Part shown: positions 21,028-30,900 of the stretch, piece by piece
Layout of the letters: each line of letters starts with the position of its first letter
Position numbering within the stretch: position 1 is the stretch's first letter
NCBI GenBank assembly: GCA_910595855.1
Contig: CAJVCJ010000021.1
Location: forward strand, 13,534-77,533
Source of the DNA: Candidatus Thioglobus vulcanius
Lineage (GTDB): Bacteria; Pseudomonadota; Gammaproteobacteria; PS1; Pseudothioglobaceae
Direction: 5' to 3'
Length of the DNA: 64,000 nt
Position numbers and translations under genes: made by a program
Notes under the pieces: model-generated
Told to the model about the DNA's origin: nothing
The model's input: the letters and a program-made list of their open reading frames with translations, nothing else
Databases searched by the model: none

Positions 21028-21912
21028 ATGATTAATTACACATTAAAACAGCTGTATAGTTTTGAAGCTGTCATCCGAACTAAAAGTTTTACAAAGGCCA
21101 GTAAAGAGCTTTTTGTAACCCAGCCTGCTGTATATATGCAGGTGCAGCAATTATCAAAAAATGTTGGATCTGACTTGATTAGAACTAATGGTAAAGTCAT
21201 TATACCAACATTCATTGGCAAGAAGCTTTACCAAACCTGTTTAGAGGTTATTAGTACGCTTGAAAGCTCGCGCTCAGACATTGAGCAAACTCTTAATCCA
21301 GATTCTGGTCACTTGCAAATTGCTGTTGCCACGACAACCAACTCCTTTGTAAGTCGAATATTGGCAAAATTTAAAAAAAAATATCCACAGATGACTTTTC
21401 ATCTAGAGGTTACAAATAGAAAATTACTATTAGAAAAGTTGAGTAATCATTCTGCCGATTTGGTTATTATGGGTGAACCACCCTCTGACCTTCCCTTAGA
21501 AACTCAACCGTTCATGGAGAACCCATTAATTGCCATTGCCCATCCTGAGCACCCATTATTAGCCAATAAAAAAAATAGTATTAAAACTTTGGTAAAGGAG
21601 ACACTAATTACTAGAGAACAAGGCTCAGGTACTCGAATCACCATTGAGCGAATCACTGGCATGAAATTTAATTCAGATATTGAGATCAACTCTAATGAGG
21701 CGATTATTGAGGCAGTTCAAGCTGGACTAGGCATTGGATTTGTATCAAAGCACACGGTTAAGCTTGAATTAGAAAATGGCATTATCAACCAACTTAATGT
21801 GGATAACTTTCCGGTAACTCGTCATTGGTATGTTGTTCATCAATCGAAAAGTAAGCTATCACCAATTGCTCAGCGTTTTAAAGATTTTATTATCGACAAC
21901 AGTGTGTTGTAA
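21028..21912 (+). CDS. cbbR: LysR-family transcriptional regulator of the cbb operon
   Basis: 294 aa. N-terminal HTH SFTKASKELFVTQPAVYMQVQQL. Divergent from cbbL. Confidence 0.88.
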   Translation: MINYTLKQLYSFEAVIRTKSFTKASKELFVTQPAVYMQVQQLSKNVGSDLIRTNGKVIIPTFIGKKLYQTCLEVISTLESSRSDIEQTLNPDSGHLQIAVATTTNSFVSRILAKFKKKYPQMTFHLEVTNRKLLLEKLSNHSADLVIMGEPPSDLPLETQPFMENPLIAIAHPEHPLLANKKNSIKTLVKETLITREQGSGTRITIERITGMKFNSDIEINSNEAIIEAVQAGLGIGFVSKHTVKLELENGIINQLNVDNFPVTRHWYVVHQSKSKLSPIAQRFKDFIIDNSVL

Positions 21913-22032
21913 TTAAATTAGTTGAATACGACAGTTTTATTATAATGCTGCCAGCACGCTCAAAGATAAACTGACTAATTTTAGCTATCAGTCCATGTAC
22001 ATCTGTACAAGAAATTAATAATCGATATACAC

Positions 22033-23223
22033 TTATGTTCGATATTCTGCGTTAATCTTAACGTAATCATAAGAGAAGTCTGTTGTCCAAACACTCTCAA
22101 CCAAATTACTCTGTCCTATGTGAATGGTAATGGTGATATCTTCTTTGGCCATTTCAGCACTACCCGCTGCTTCAGTATAGCTCTCATCTGGCTCACCAGC
22201 TTTAACAATGCTGACAGAGTTTAATGAGATATTAATATCTTCAATACTCAAGTTGTTAATATTGGCACGACCTACTGCTGCCAAAATACGACCCCAATTA
22301 GCATCTGAGGCAAATAATGCAGTTTTAACTAATGGAGAATGGGCGACGGTATAAGCCACCTCTAAGCAATCATCATTAGATTCACCACCCTTTACACATA
22401 CCTCAACAAATTTAGTTGCACCCTCACCATCTTTAATAATCTGGTGCGCTAAAGATTGTGCCACTTCATTTAGCACCTGCTGAAAATCAGACGCACAATC
22501 AGCTAACTTAACACCACTTTTAGCGGTGGCACTCAGTGTGCATGCGTCGTTAGTCGAAGTATCACCATCAACAGTAATCCGATTAAAGGATTGATTAACA
22601 GCCTTGCTTAAGCACTCTTGTAGTTGTGCTTGAGTGGCACCAATATCAGTAAAAATAAAACTAAGCATGGTGGCCATATTCGGACGAATCATGCCGGATC
22701 CTTTAGCAATACCGGTAATATTAACCATCTTGCCATTTACTTCAAAAGTTTTAGAATAAGTTTTTTCTACTAAGTCCGTGGTCAAAATACCCTTGGCAAC
22801 CATCCCAAGATTATCAGCAGAAAGTTGGGTAGTTGCCAGAGGGATGCTTACTTCAAATTTTGAAACATCCAACTGCTGACCAATCACACCGGTTGAAAAT
22901 GGTAATACCTGCTCAAGCTTAATACCAAGTTCATTCGCAAGTATTTTACAAGTTGTGACTGTATTTTGCATGCCTTGCGTGCCCGTGCCAGCATTGGCAT
23001 TACCACTATTAATCAACAATGCCAAGGGCGAATTTTGCAAGTGATTTTTAGCTACAAGTACAGGAGCGGCGCAGAATACATTTTGAGTAAATACGCCAGC
23101 TGTTGTTGTGCCTTCTGTTAAATGAATAACAGACAAATCCAATGCGTCATTATTTTTAATCTGTGCATTGATAGCTGCACTGCTAATGCCTTTAATGTTT
23201 AACAATGTATTACTCATGCTCAA
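22033..23223 (-). CDS. argJ: Bifunctional ornithine acetyltransferase / N-acetylglutamate synthase
   Basis: 396 aa. GMIRPNMATMLSFIFTD autoprocessing site, TVDGDTSTND, DANWGRI and C-terminal YVKINAEYRT. Confidence 0.92.
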   Translation of the reverse strand: MSMSNTLLNIKGISSAAINAQIKNNDALDLSVIHLTEGTTTAGVFTQNVFCAAPVLVAKNHLQNSPLALLINSGNANAGTGTQGMQNTVTTCKILANELGIKLEQVLPFSTGVIGQQLDVSKFEVSIPLATTQLSADNLGMVAKGILTTDLVEKTYSKTFEVNGKMVNITGIAKGSGMIRPNMATMLSFIFTDIGATQAQLQECLSKAVNQSFNRITVDGDTSTNDACTLSATAKSGVKLADCASDFQQVLNEVAQSLAHQIIKDGEGATKFVEVCVKGGESNDDCLEVAYTVAHSPLVKTALFASDANWGRILAAVGRANINNLSIEDINISLNSVSIVKAGEPDESYTEAAGSAEMAKEDITITIHIGQSNLVESVWTTDFSYDYVKINAEYRT

Positions 23224-23258
23224 TAAAATCCTTAATAGTTAAAGGGTATTTTACTGAC

Positions 23259-24869
23259 TTAAGAAGTTCTAGAAGATTTTTTATCCAAGTACTGGAACAC
23301 AGCCATTAGTAGCGCACCAAATACAACCATTATTAATGCTGGCACAGCAGCACGCTCGTACAAACCCTCAGCACTTAGCTCGTAGGTTTGAATAGCGAGT
23401 GTATCCCAGCCAAATGGGCGCAGTAGATAAGTTGCTGGCAATTCTTTCATTACATCCACTGCTACCAACAAGCCACCCGCTAGAATACCAGGTGTCATCA
23501 TTGGTAAATACACCTGCCAGATTAGTCGCAAACGCGATGCGCCTAATAAGCGTGCACTTTGAGTGAAGACAGGTTTAATTTGCTGAGCGCTAGCCTCAAT
23601 CGAACTATAGGCAATTGCCATAAAGCGTGACACATAAGCGAACAATAACAATGTTATCGAGCCATAAATAATATGATTAATACTTTCACCGCCAAAATGA
23701 ATATTAATGATTGAAATTTGATTGATACCATATAACAAGCCCACCGCCATCACAGAGCCTGGCAATGCGTAGCCTAACGTCGCTAACCGAATCACACTCT
23801 TAAGCCAAATGCTGGCTTTCTTACATTGGCTTGGCAATGCTAAAAAAGTAGCAAGCATTACCGTGATTAGTGCAGCAGAAATTGTCAAGATAGAGGTTGA
23901 AGCAATTAAATCAAAATATTTGGCGCTCCACTCATCCGCAACGGACGACCAACCCCAAATAACGAGTTGTAACATCGGCATAGCGAAAGACAACATAAAC
24001 ACACCAAAAACAAATAAGCTTATTAGCCAGGCTGTTAACCCGGTTGCTTGATATGGCTTTTTATTAGTAACGTCAGAAGAATAGTATTTAGCCTGGCCAC
24101 GTGATTTTTTCTCAAAATAAATTAATAAAAATGCCACCAAAACTAGCAAAGAGGCCAGCTGAGCAGCTACTTCAATAGATCTAAAATCGCCCCAAGCGGA
24201 GTAAATTGCCGTGGTAAATGTATCGTAATTAAACAAGCTCACCACACCAAAATCTGCCAAAGTCTCCATTAAAGTAACCAGCACACCCGCTGCTACAGCA
24301 GGTCGGGCTAATGGCAATGACACCTGGAAAAATACACGTAATGGGCTTGCACCTAACAATCTTCCGGCTTCAATCATATTGAGTTTTTGACGCTTGAAAG
24401 ATGCTCGCGTCATCATATAAACATACGGATAAAAAACCAAAACAAAAGTAAGGATAATCGCCCATGATCCTGCTCTGACATCAAACCCAGGTAAGTCAAG
24501 TGCCTCGCGCATCCATACTTGCGCATAGCCTGAATAATCAAATACACCTAGATATACAAATGCCAATACATAAGCAGGAATAGCAAATGGTAAGAACAGT
24601 GCCCACTCTAGCCACTTTCCACCTGGGAACTCTACCATCACCACCAAGTATGCCAGCACAGTACCAAGCAGCATAACACCAACACCAACACCAAGTAACA
24701 ACACAAGTGTTGAGCTAATTAACCCAGATAAGATGTTTTCAGAAAAATGCGCCCATAATTCATGCTCAGGCATAGCCCAAGAAAAAGCCACTACAAAGAT
24801 TGGCATTGCTACCAATAAAGCAATAAAGCTTATCCATATCTTTGATTTAATGCATTTCTCTTTCAACAT
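23259..24869 (-). CDS. fbpB: Fe(3+) ABC transporter permease (two fused permease domains)
   Basis: 536 aa, about 12 TM. Two copies of the ABC permease EAA-type loops (EAGRLLGASPLRVF and QSARLLGASRLRLI). Confidence 0.8.
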   Translation of the reverse strand: MLKEKCIKSKIWISFIALLVAMPIFVVAFSWAMPEHELWAHFSENILSGLISSTLVLLLGVGVGVMLLGTVLAYLVVMVEFPGGKWLEWALFLPFAIPAYVLAFVYLGVFDYSGYAQVWMREALDLPGFDVRAGSWAIILTFVLVFYPYVYMMTRASFKRQKLNMIEAGRLLGASPLRVFFQVSLPLARPAVAAGVLVTLMETLADFGVVSLFNYDTFTTAIYSAWGDFRSIEVAAQLASLLVLVAFLLIYFEKKSRGQAKYYSSDVTNKKPYQATGLTAWLISLFVFGVFMLSFAMPMLQLVIWGWSSVADEWSAKYFDLIASTSILTISAALITVMLATFLALPSQCKKASIWLKSVIRLATLGYALPGSVMAVGLLYGINQISIINIHFGGESINHIIYGSITLLLFAYVSRFMAIAYSSIEASAQQIKPVFTQSARLLGASRLRLIWQVYLPMMTPGILAGGLLVAVDVMKELPATYLLRPFGWDTLAIQTYELSAEGLYERAAVPALIMVVFGALLMAVFQYLDKKSSRTS

Positions 24870-24906
24870 TTATCCTTAATTATTGCTCATTATTTTAAAA
24901 CAACAA

Positions 24907-24934
24907 AACCCAAGACTCTGCCAAGCCTTGGGTT
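24907..24934 (-). other. Intra-operon hairpin between the binding-protein and permease genes
   Basis: AACCCAAG-N12-CTTGGGTT, 8-bp stem, no T-run. Possible mRNA-stabilising or attenuating structure. Confidence 0.35.
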
Positions 24935-24953
24935 GTGATTGATCTTTGTAAGA

Positions 24954-26000
24954 TTATCTATATCCTTTTATTTGCATTAATCTTACCGCCCTAGCTTGCA
25001 GTAATCCTGCTTGAGATAAGTTCATTTCATCTTGCTTGAATGATCCCCATTCAGATACCACATCATCAGAAGCAACTTTCTGATTAGCTGGATATTCTTT
25101 ATTTAAAGAGCCGTAAATAACCTGAGCTTTTGCAGATGACAACCACTCTAACAACTGAACCGCACCTTCTTTATTTGACGCATGTTTAGTTACTCCAGCT
25201 CCAGATACATTTACATGTACACCTGTTGTATCTTGGTTAGCCCAAAATAACTTTAACGGAGAATCAGGGGTTTTAGCGATCAAACGACCAAAGTAATATG
25301 TATTAACAATACCGACATCACACTGACCTGCAAGAATACTATTCATCACATGTGAGTCTTTTGCATTTGGCGTAGCACTTAGATTATTCACCCAGCCACT
25401 AATAATGTCACCTGTTTTATCTTCTCCTTGATTGTAAATCATAGAAGCAACTAATGACTTGCTGTAAACTTTTTTACTGGTTCTTAAACATAATCTATCT
25501 TTCCATTGATCAGTTGCTAAATTTGCATAGGTAGATAAGTCTTGCTCTTTTACTCGATCTGTTGAATAAACGATTGTACGTGCACGAACTGACAGACCCG
25601 TCCATAAGCCTTTAGGATCTCTCAAATGTACTGGAATATTACTTTTAATAGTTTCAGTTTGTACCGATTGAAATAGATCTTGTGAGCCAGCGTACCAAAG
25701 ATTTCCAGCATCAACTGTCATAAACATATCAGCTTGTGTATTGTCACCTTCAAGCTTTAGACGCTCAATTAATGCACCACCCTTACCGGTTAAATATTCA
25801 ACCTTAATGCCAGTATCTTTTGTAAAGGCTTCGAACAATGGCTTAATTAAATGCTCTTTTCTAGAGCTATAGACAGTTACTGTCTCATCACTTACTGCTT
25901 GCACTTCTGGACTGCTGTATGTCGCCTGCACTGCTGTAATGCTTGATACAGTCAATACTGAAAATACAATCGTTGATGAAATTATTTTTTTCATATCCAT
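24954..26000 (-). CDS. fbpA: Periplasmic Fe(3+)-binding protein (FbpA/HitA/FutA-like)
   Basis: 348 aa with a signal peptide. VTVYSSRKEHLIKPLFEAFTKDTGIKV and VNTYY(F) are typical of ferric-binding proteins. Confidence 0.8.
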   Translation of the reverse strand: MDMKKIISSTIVFSVLTVSSITAVQATYSSPEVQAVSDETVTVYSSRKEHLIKPLFEAFTKDTGIKVEYLTGKGGALIERLKLEGDNTQADMFMTVDAGNLWYAGSQDLFQSVQTETIKSNIPVHLRDPKGLWTGLSVRARTIVYSTDRVKEQDLSTYANLATDQWKDRLCLRTSKKVYSKSLVASMIYNQGEDKTGDIISGWVNNLSATPNAKDSHVMNSILAGQCDVGIVNTYYFGRLIAKTPDSPLKLFWANQDTTGVHVNVSGAGVTKHASNKEGAVQLLEWLSSAKAQVIYGSLNKEYPANQKVASDDVVSEWGSFKQDEMNLSQAGLLQARAVRLMQIKGYR

Positions 26001-26030
26001 TTTTTATTTGACCTTTTTTAGATTTATGTA

Positions 26031-26049
26031 ATTGATAATGATTATCAAT
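26031..26049. promoter_or_regulatory. Fur box upstream of fbpA
   Basis: ATTGATAAT-G-ATTATCAAT, a perfect 9-1-9 palindrome. About 15/19 match to GATAATGATAATCATTATC by eye. Confidence 0.8.
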
Positions 26050-26067
26050 TGCGAATGATACTCATTA

Positions 26068-26718
26068 TTATTTAAATGTCAACTGCTTATTATTAATAAT
26101 ACCAACAACATCAGCAAAGGAATCAGCTTCAGTTTCATCATGCGTCACCAGAATGGAAGTGACTTGTGCTTTTTTAAGAATGGAACGAACTTGAAGAACT
26201 AATTGATCACGATGATTTTTATCCAAACTTGAAAAAGGCTCATCTAACAATAGTAAATTGGGTGCAGGTGCTAAAGCACGAGCAAGTGCTACACGCTGTT
26301 GCTCACCGCCAGAGAGTTGGTGTGGATATTTCTTTTCAATTCCTTCTAAGCCAATCAAAGCTAACAACTCTGTAACGCGAGCCCGCTGTTTAACTTTAGG
26401 CTGAGCAACAAGCCCAAAGGAAATATTTTTCTCAATATTCATATGAGGGAATAATGCATAATCTTGAAACACCATACCAACCCCTCTTGATTCTGCTGGA
26501 ATTAGGTGGCTGCCATTACTAGATAAAGCCTTACCATCAAGCTCAATACTGCCACTTGTAACAGTATCTAAACCGGCAATAAACCTTAATGCAGAACTTT
26601 TTCCACTACCACTATCACCAAGCAAGGCCAAGATATCCCCATGTTTAAGACTTAGATTAAAGTCATTTAAAACTTGGGTGTTTTTATAGGTAATTGATAG
26701 ATTTGTAACACTTAGCAT
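26068..26718 (-). CDS. fbpC: ABC transporter ATP-binding protein (short form, no C-terminal regulatory domain)
   Basis: 216 aa. Walker A GDSGSGKS, signature LSGGEQQR, Walker B LLLLDEP. Confidence 0.8.
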   Translation of the reverse strand: MLSVTNLSITYKNTQVLNDFNLSLKHGDILALLGDSGSGKSSALRFIAGLDTVTSGSIELDGKALSSNGSHLIPAESRGVGMVFQDYALFPHMNIEKNISFGLVAQPKVKQRARVTELLALIGLEGIEKKYPHQLSGGEQQRVALARALAPAPNLLLLDEPFSSLDKNHRDQLVLQVRSILKKAQVTSILVTHDETEADSFADVVGIINNKQLTFK

Positions 26719-26740
26719 CAGATAATGTAAATACTAATAA

Positions 26741-26780
26741 GAATGATTATCAATATTATATAAGAAATTGATAATAATAA
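26741..26780. promoter_or_regulatory. Fur-box-like sites in the divergent fbpC / CDF promoter region
   Basis: GAATGATTATCAAT (26741-26754) shares the TGATTATCAAT half with the fbpA box. AATTGATAATAATAA (26766-26780) carries a TGATAAT half-site. Confidence 0.55.
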
Positions 26781-26966
26781 GTAAGACTTATCTAGAGTAT
26801 CAACAACATGTCTCAGTTGCAATTGGAATATTAACACAACATATGTTTTCTTTAATTCAATATCATGCAATGTAAATATAAATTTATAAGTAAAAAACTA
26901 ACTAGATACAAATTAATATTCAGTTATCATAAAATATGAAAAAAACAATCAACAAATAAGATAGCC

Positions 26967-28106
26967 ATGGAACAATCAAATCGCACTAAAGACGCTCAAA
27001 AAATCACCCTTATTGGTGTATCTGTTGATTTTTTATTGGCAATTTTTAAAGTGATCGCCGGAGTAATTGGTAATTCAGGCGCTTTAATCGCTGATGGCAT
27101 CCACTCATTCTCTGATTTGATTTCTGACGGTATTGTGCTTTATGCAATTAAACACTCTCAAGATGAGGCGGATGAAGCCCATCCATATGGACATCAAAAA
27201 TTTGAAACAGTTGCCACTCTTGGTTTGGCAATGATTTTGGCAATGATTGGTCTTGGTATTATTATTGATAGTTTTGATCGACTTAACAACCCTGTAACAC
27301 CGACTCACATTAACTTGCTTCTTGGTGTTGCGGGTATCTCTATTTTTTCTAAAGAGATGCTTTACTGGTATACACTAAAAGTTGCTAAAACACATAACTC
27401 CGATATGATGAAGGCTAATGCTTGGCATCATCGCTCTGACGCCCTATCGTCTGTAGTTGTATTTACGGGTATTTTAGGAGCTAGCATTGGTTATATCTAT
27501 TTAGATGCCATTGCTGCTATAGTTGTTGGCCTAATGATCCTTTACATCGCCTGGGAGCTTGGTGCAAGAGCTACCAAGGAGTTAGTTGATACTTCTATTG
27601 ATGCTGAAGAAATTACAAAAATACGCTATAAGCTTGGGCAAATAAGCGGTGTAAACAGTGTGAATTCATTACGCACGCGAAAAAGTGGCCATACAATTTC
27701 AGCAGATGTACATGTACAAGTAGATCCATTCTTAAGTGTTAGTGAAGGCCATATAATTAGTGTTAGCGTTGAACGTGTGGCTAAAGAGTGCCTTGCGGAA
27801 CTAACCGACGTAACCGTACACATTGACCCTGAAGACGATGAGACTGTAGCGCCATATGAAAACCTACCAGAACGTGCTGAAGCATTAGGAATCTTAACCA
27901 AGGCTTTATATAGTAATCAATGTGATGGTGAAATTAACCGTATTCAGCTACATTATTTAGCTGGAAAAATTCATGTGGATTTTTTCCTGCCATTAAGTTG
28001 TTTGGTTAATGACAAAAGTCATGAAGAGATACTAACTAAATTAAATCAAACAACCAAAGAATTACCTAGCTTTGGTCACATTAGGGTTTACTTCGGTAAA
28101 GACTAA
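26967..28106 (+). CDS. Cation diffusion facilitator (CDF) family metal transporter with an extended C-terminus
   Basis: 379 aa. TM2 HSFSDLISD and TM5 HHRSDALSS metal-site motifs. Cytoplasmic domain followed by an extra ~85 aa. Confidence 0.85.
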   Translation: MEQSNRTKDAQKITLIGVSVDFLLAIFKVIAGVIGNSGALIADGIHSFSDLISDGIVLYAIKHSQDEADEAHPYGHQKFETVATLGLAMILAMIGLGIIIDSFDRLNNPVTPTHINLLLGVAGISIFSKEMLYWYTLKVAKTHNSDMMKANAWHHRSDALSSVVVFTGILGASIGYIYLDAIAAIVVGLMILYIAWELGARATKELVDTSIDAEEITKIRYKLGQISGVNSVNSLRTRKSGHTISADVHVQVDPFLSVSEGHIISVSVERVAKECLAELTDVTVHIDPEDDETVAPYENLPERAEALGILTKALYSNQCDGEINRIQLHYLAGKIHVDFFLPLSCLVNDKSHEEILTKLNQTTKELPSFGHIRVYFGKD

Positions 28107-28573
28107 AGACAATGATAAGCATGGCACATAGCGCCAGCTAATGCATCTGACGCATCTTCTTGTGGCGCTTTATTAAGCTTTAATGACTCGCACACCATAA
28201 ACGATACTTGGTCTTTAGCGGCATGCCCCTTACCTACCACTGCTTTTTTAATTTGGTTGGGGCTATATTCAACCATTGTAATACCATTCATACCTGCTGC
28301 AGAAATAATAGCACCTCGAGCATGGCCAAGCTTAATTGCAGCATCTGGATTGGGACGATCAGGTCGCATAAATGCGCGCTCAATCACGACAATATCAGGC
28401 TGATATTTTTTGATCACTTGATCAATTTCTAAAAAAATCGTTGTAATACGATCTGTTAACTCACCCTTAGTGCGAATACATCCACTCGCTAAATACGTAA
28501 ACTTTAGCTTTTGCGCTTCAATTAAACCAAAGCCTGTGATTCTTGAGCCGGGATCAACACCTAAAATTTTCAT
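28103..28573 (-). CDS. ruvC: Holliday junction resolvase
   Basis: 156 aa. MKILGVDPGSRITGFGLIE, and a C-terminal DASDALAGAM catalytic acidic residue. Confidence 0.92.
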   Translation of the reverse strand: MKILGVDPGSRITGFGLIEAQKLKFTYLASGCIRTKGELTDRITTIFLEIDQVIKKYQPDIVVIERAFMRPDRPNPDAAIKLGHARGAIISAAGMNGITMVEYSPNQIKKAVVGKGHAAKDQVSFMVCESLKLNKAPQEDASDALAGAMCHAYHCL

Positions 28574-28727
28574 GTAATTTGTGTATCAATAATTTGAAAT
28601 TAGTTTACTACAGTGAAATCATTCTTTAATTATTATTTACAACACAATAAAAACACCATAAATTTCCCTGTATATAAGGCTATTATGATATACTTTATTT
28701 TTTATACACATATTACAAGGAAACCTC

Positions 28728-29096
28728 ATGGCAGTATTAGAGCTAAACAAAAGTAACTTTGACGACACAATTAAAAACAATGACATTGTTATCTTGGATT
28801 TTTGGGCACCGTGGTGTGGTCCTTGTAAATCATTTGCACCAACTTATGAAGCCATGAGCGAAAAAATTGACGGCATTACATTTGCAAAAATCAATACTGA
28901 AGATGAACAAGAATTAGCAGGCCAATTCCAAATTCGCTCAATTCCAACATTAATGATCTTTAGAGAGCAAATTGCAATTTTCTCTCAACCAGGTGCCATG
29001 GCTGAAGCTGACTTAGCAACAGTATTAAATAAAGCTAAAGAGCTTGATATGGCTGAAGTTCGCAAGGAAATTGAAGATCAGAATAAGGAAGGCTAG
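28728..29096 (+). CDS. trxA: Thioredoxin
   Basis: 122 aa. WAPWCGPCK active site, IRSIPTLMIF. Confidence 0.92.
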   Translation: MAVLELNKSNFDDTIKNNDIVILDFWAPWCGPCKSFAPTYEAMSEKIDGITFAKINTEDEQELAGQFQIRSIPTLMIFREQIAIFSQPGAMAEADLATVLNKAKELDMAEVRKEIEDQNKEG

Positions 29097-29419
29097 ATTA
29101 AATCTGAATAGGTTTTTTCACTAAACCCAACTTTAATATTAGCACCTATTACTAATATAGGTCGCTTTATTAGAGTTGGGTTTTTTAACGTCAACTCTAT
29201 AGTGATATCGCTCTTTTGCTCGTCGGTTAAATTACGATAGGTAGTTGAGCGCTTGTTAATTACTTTCTCCCAGCCTAGTGCATCAACAAACTTTAGCAAT
29301 GTCACTTCATCAAGTGGTTGATCACGAAAATCAATAAATTCGAAATTAACATTGTGACTGCTTAGGTATTTTTGTGCCTTTTTAATGGTGTCACAATTTT
29401 TAATGCCGTACATTTTCAT
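29093..29419 (-). CDS. yffB: ArsC/Spx-superfamily protein, YffB-like
   Basis: 108 aa. MYGIKNCDTIKKAQKYL and LIKRPIL, collinear with E. coli YffB. Confidence 0.8.
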   Translation of the reverse strand: MKMYGIKNCDTIKKAQKYLSSHNVNFEFIDFRDQPLDEVTLLKFVDALGWEKVINKRSTTYRNLTDEQKSDITIELTLKNPTLIKRPILVIGANIKVGFSEKTYSDLI

Positions 29420-29428
29420 GAGTATTTT

Positions 29429-30052
29429 CTATTGATTGTAAAATTCAAGAATATCTTTTTGCTCATCGTCCATAATGATTTTTAGTCCTTTTTCCGGATA
29501 ATGCCAATACGAAATACCTTGATCTGAAAGATCCACCCTATCTGGCTTACCAAATAAATCTATCACCACATTTTCAGGTAAATCTGCACGAGGGATAAAG
29601 GTTAATGATTTAATCGTAAATCGAGACATTAATGATTCAGCCTTTGCCTTAAACGTGGTTTTTTTAACGCCAGATGGCATCATCATTGATACGTCAATAT
29701 TATCACGCAGGATATCTATATTTTGCTTGTTAAGCGCTAAATTAAGAATGATTCTAGCGCTAATACCACCAACCTTGGTGCTTGAAAAATACACCTCTAA
29801 CTCTGGATCAACATTCTCATTTTCAAATAATGATGCTTCGATCTCAGTGCCAAATAAACGTGCAGCATCTAGTAGCTTGCTTTGACCCATGGTCAAATCA
29901 AACACTACGGTTTGATCCTGATCATTAATATAACTTTGCCACGGCATGGCTTGATTTTCAGGTGTTTGTATGTCACGTGTTAATAAAAACATAATAGCAA
30001 ATGCTATGAATGCTGCCAACAATGTATAACCGACTATGTGTCTTTCTTTCAT
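29429..30052 (-). CDS. Hypothetical membrane-anchored protein
   Basis: 207 aa. One N-terminal TM helix (VGYTLLAAFIAFAIMFLL). No recognised motif. Confidence 0.6.
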   Translation of the reverse strand: MKERHIVGYTLLAAFIAFAIMFLLTRDIQTPENQAMPWQSYINDQDQTVVFDLTMGQSKLLDAARLFGTEIEASLFENENVDPELEVYFSSTKVGGISARIILNLALNKQNIDILRDNIDVSMMMPSGVKKTTFKAKAESLMSRFTIKSLTFIPRADLPENVVIDLFGKPDRVDLSDQGISYWHYPEKGLKIIMDDEQKDILEFYNQ

Positions 30053-30459
30053 CGTGTAAATGGGGATTTTCCAGCTTTATTACGTAGCCAATTCAGCGCT
30101 CTAAAAGTAGGGTTATGTTTAATAAATTTAAGCTCTAATTTTCGCTTTCCCGGAAACTCCATTAAAAATAAACCCAGTAAAATGGTGATGATGCCCTGGC
30201 CTGGGGTTACCAGCATAATAATGCCGACAATTAAAAGTACAAAGCCAATCAGGGTTCTAATAACGACAATGATCAGATGACCAAGGTGTTCGATTTCAAC
30301 CTTATGTTGATTTGTATGGATAAAATAATCCTGAGGAATTTTTCCTAATAATAATGGAGTTAATAAAAGACTGGCAATAAAAACAACAAAAGACACTATC
30401 CCCATCCAGATAAAATACTGATGATAGTCTGCTGTGGCTTGAGTAATCAAATCTAACAT
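30049..30459 (-). CDS. Small integral membrane protein of unknown function
   Basis: 136 aa, three hydrophobic helices. TPGQGIITILLGLFLMEFPGKRKL resembles PGPGW-type membrane proteins (from memory). Confidence 0.6.
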   Translation of the reverse strand: MLDLITQATADYHQYFIWMGIVSFVVFIASLLLTPLLLGKIPQDYFIHTNQHKVEIEHLGHLIIVVIRTLIGFVLLIVGIIMLVTPGQGIITILLGLFLMEFPGKRKLELKFIKHNPTFRALNWLRNKAGKSPFTR

Positions 30460-30890
30460 TTTAATAAGAAAGTTACTGGGCCGTCATTGGTGAGTGATAC
30501 TTGCATATCAGCACCAAACATACCTGTGGCAACTGTGTCATGTGCTTTTTGCATTTGATGAACAAAATAGTTATACAATTCTTCAGCTTCTTTAGGTGGT
30601 TTCGCGGTAGAAAATCCAGGGCGTGTTCCAGAGTTGGTATCTGCAACCAAGGTAAATTGTGAAACAAGCAAAACACCACCTTTGATATCACTAACCGATA
30701 GATTCATTTTATCGTCAGTATCGTAAAATATACGATACGATAACAGGCGCTTAATCATTTTGTCAGCTTCGGCTAATTCATCGTATTTTTCAATGCCGAT
30801 AAATACCAACAATCCTTGGTCAATTTCACCAACAATGGTTGACTCTACTTCAACTTTTGCACTAGAAACGCGCTGAATCAAGGCTTTCAT
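30453..30890 (-). CDS. dtd: D-aminoacyl-tRNA deacylase
   Basis: 145 aa. MKALIQRVSSAKVEV, LLVSQFTLVADTNSGTRPGF. Confidence 0.92.
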   Translation of the reverse strand: MKALIQRVSSAKVEVESTIVGEIDQGLLVFIGIEKYDELAEADKMIKRLLSYRIFYDTDDKMNLSVSDIKGGVLLVSQFTLVADTNSGTRPGFSTAKPPKEAEELYNYFVHQMQKAHDTVATGMFGADMQVSLTNDGPVTFLLKC

Positions 30891-30900
30891 AAACTTAAGG

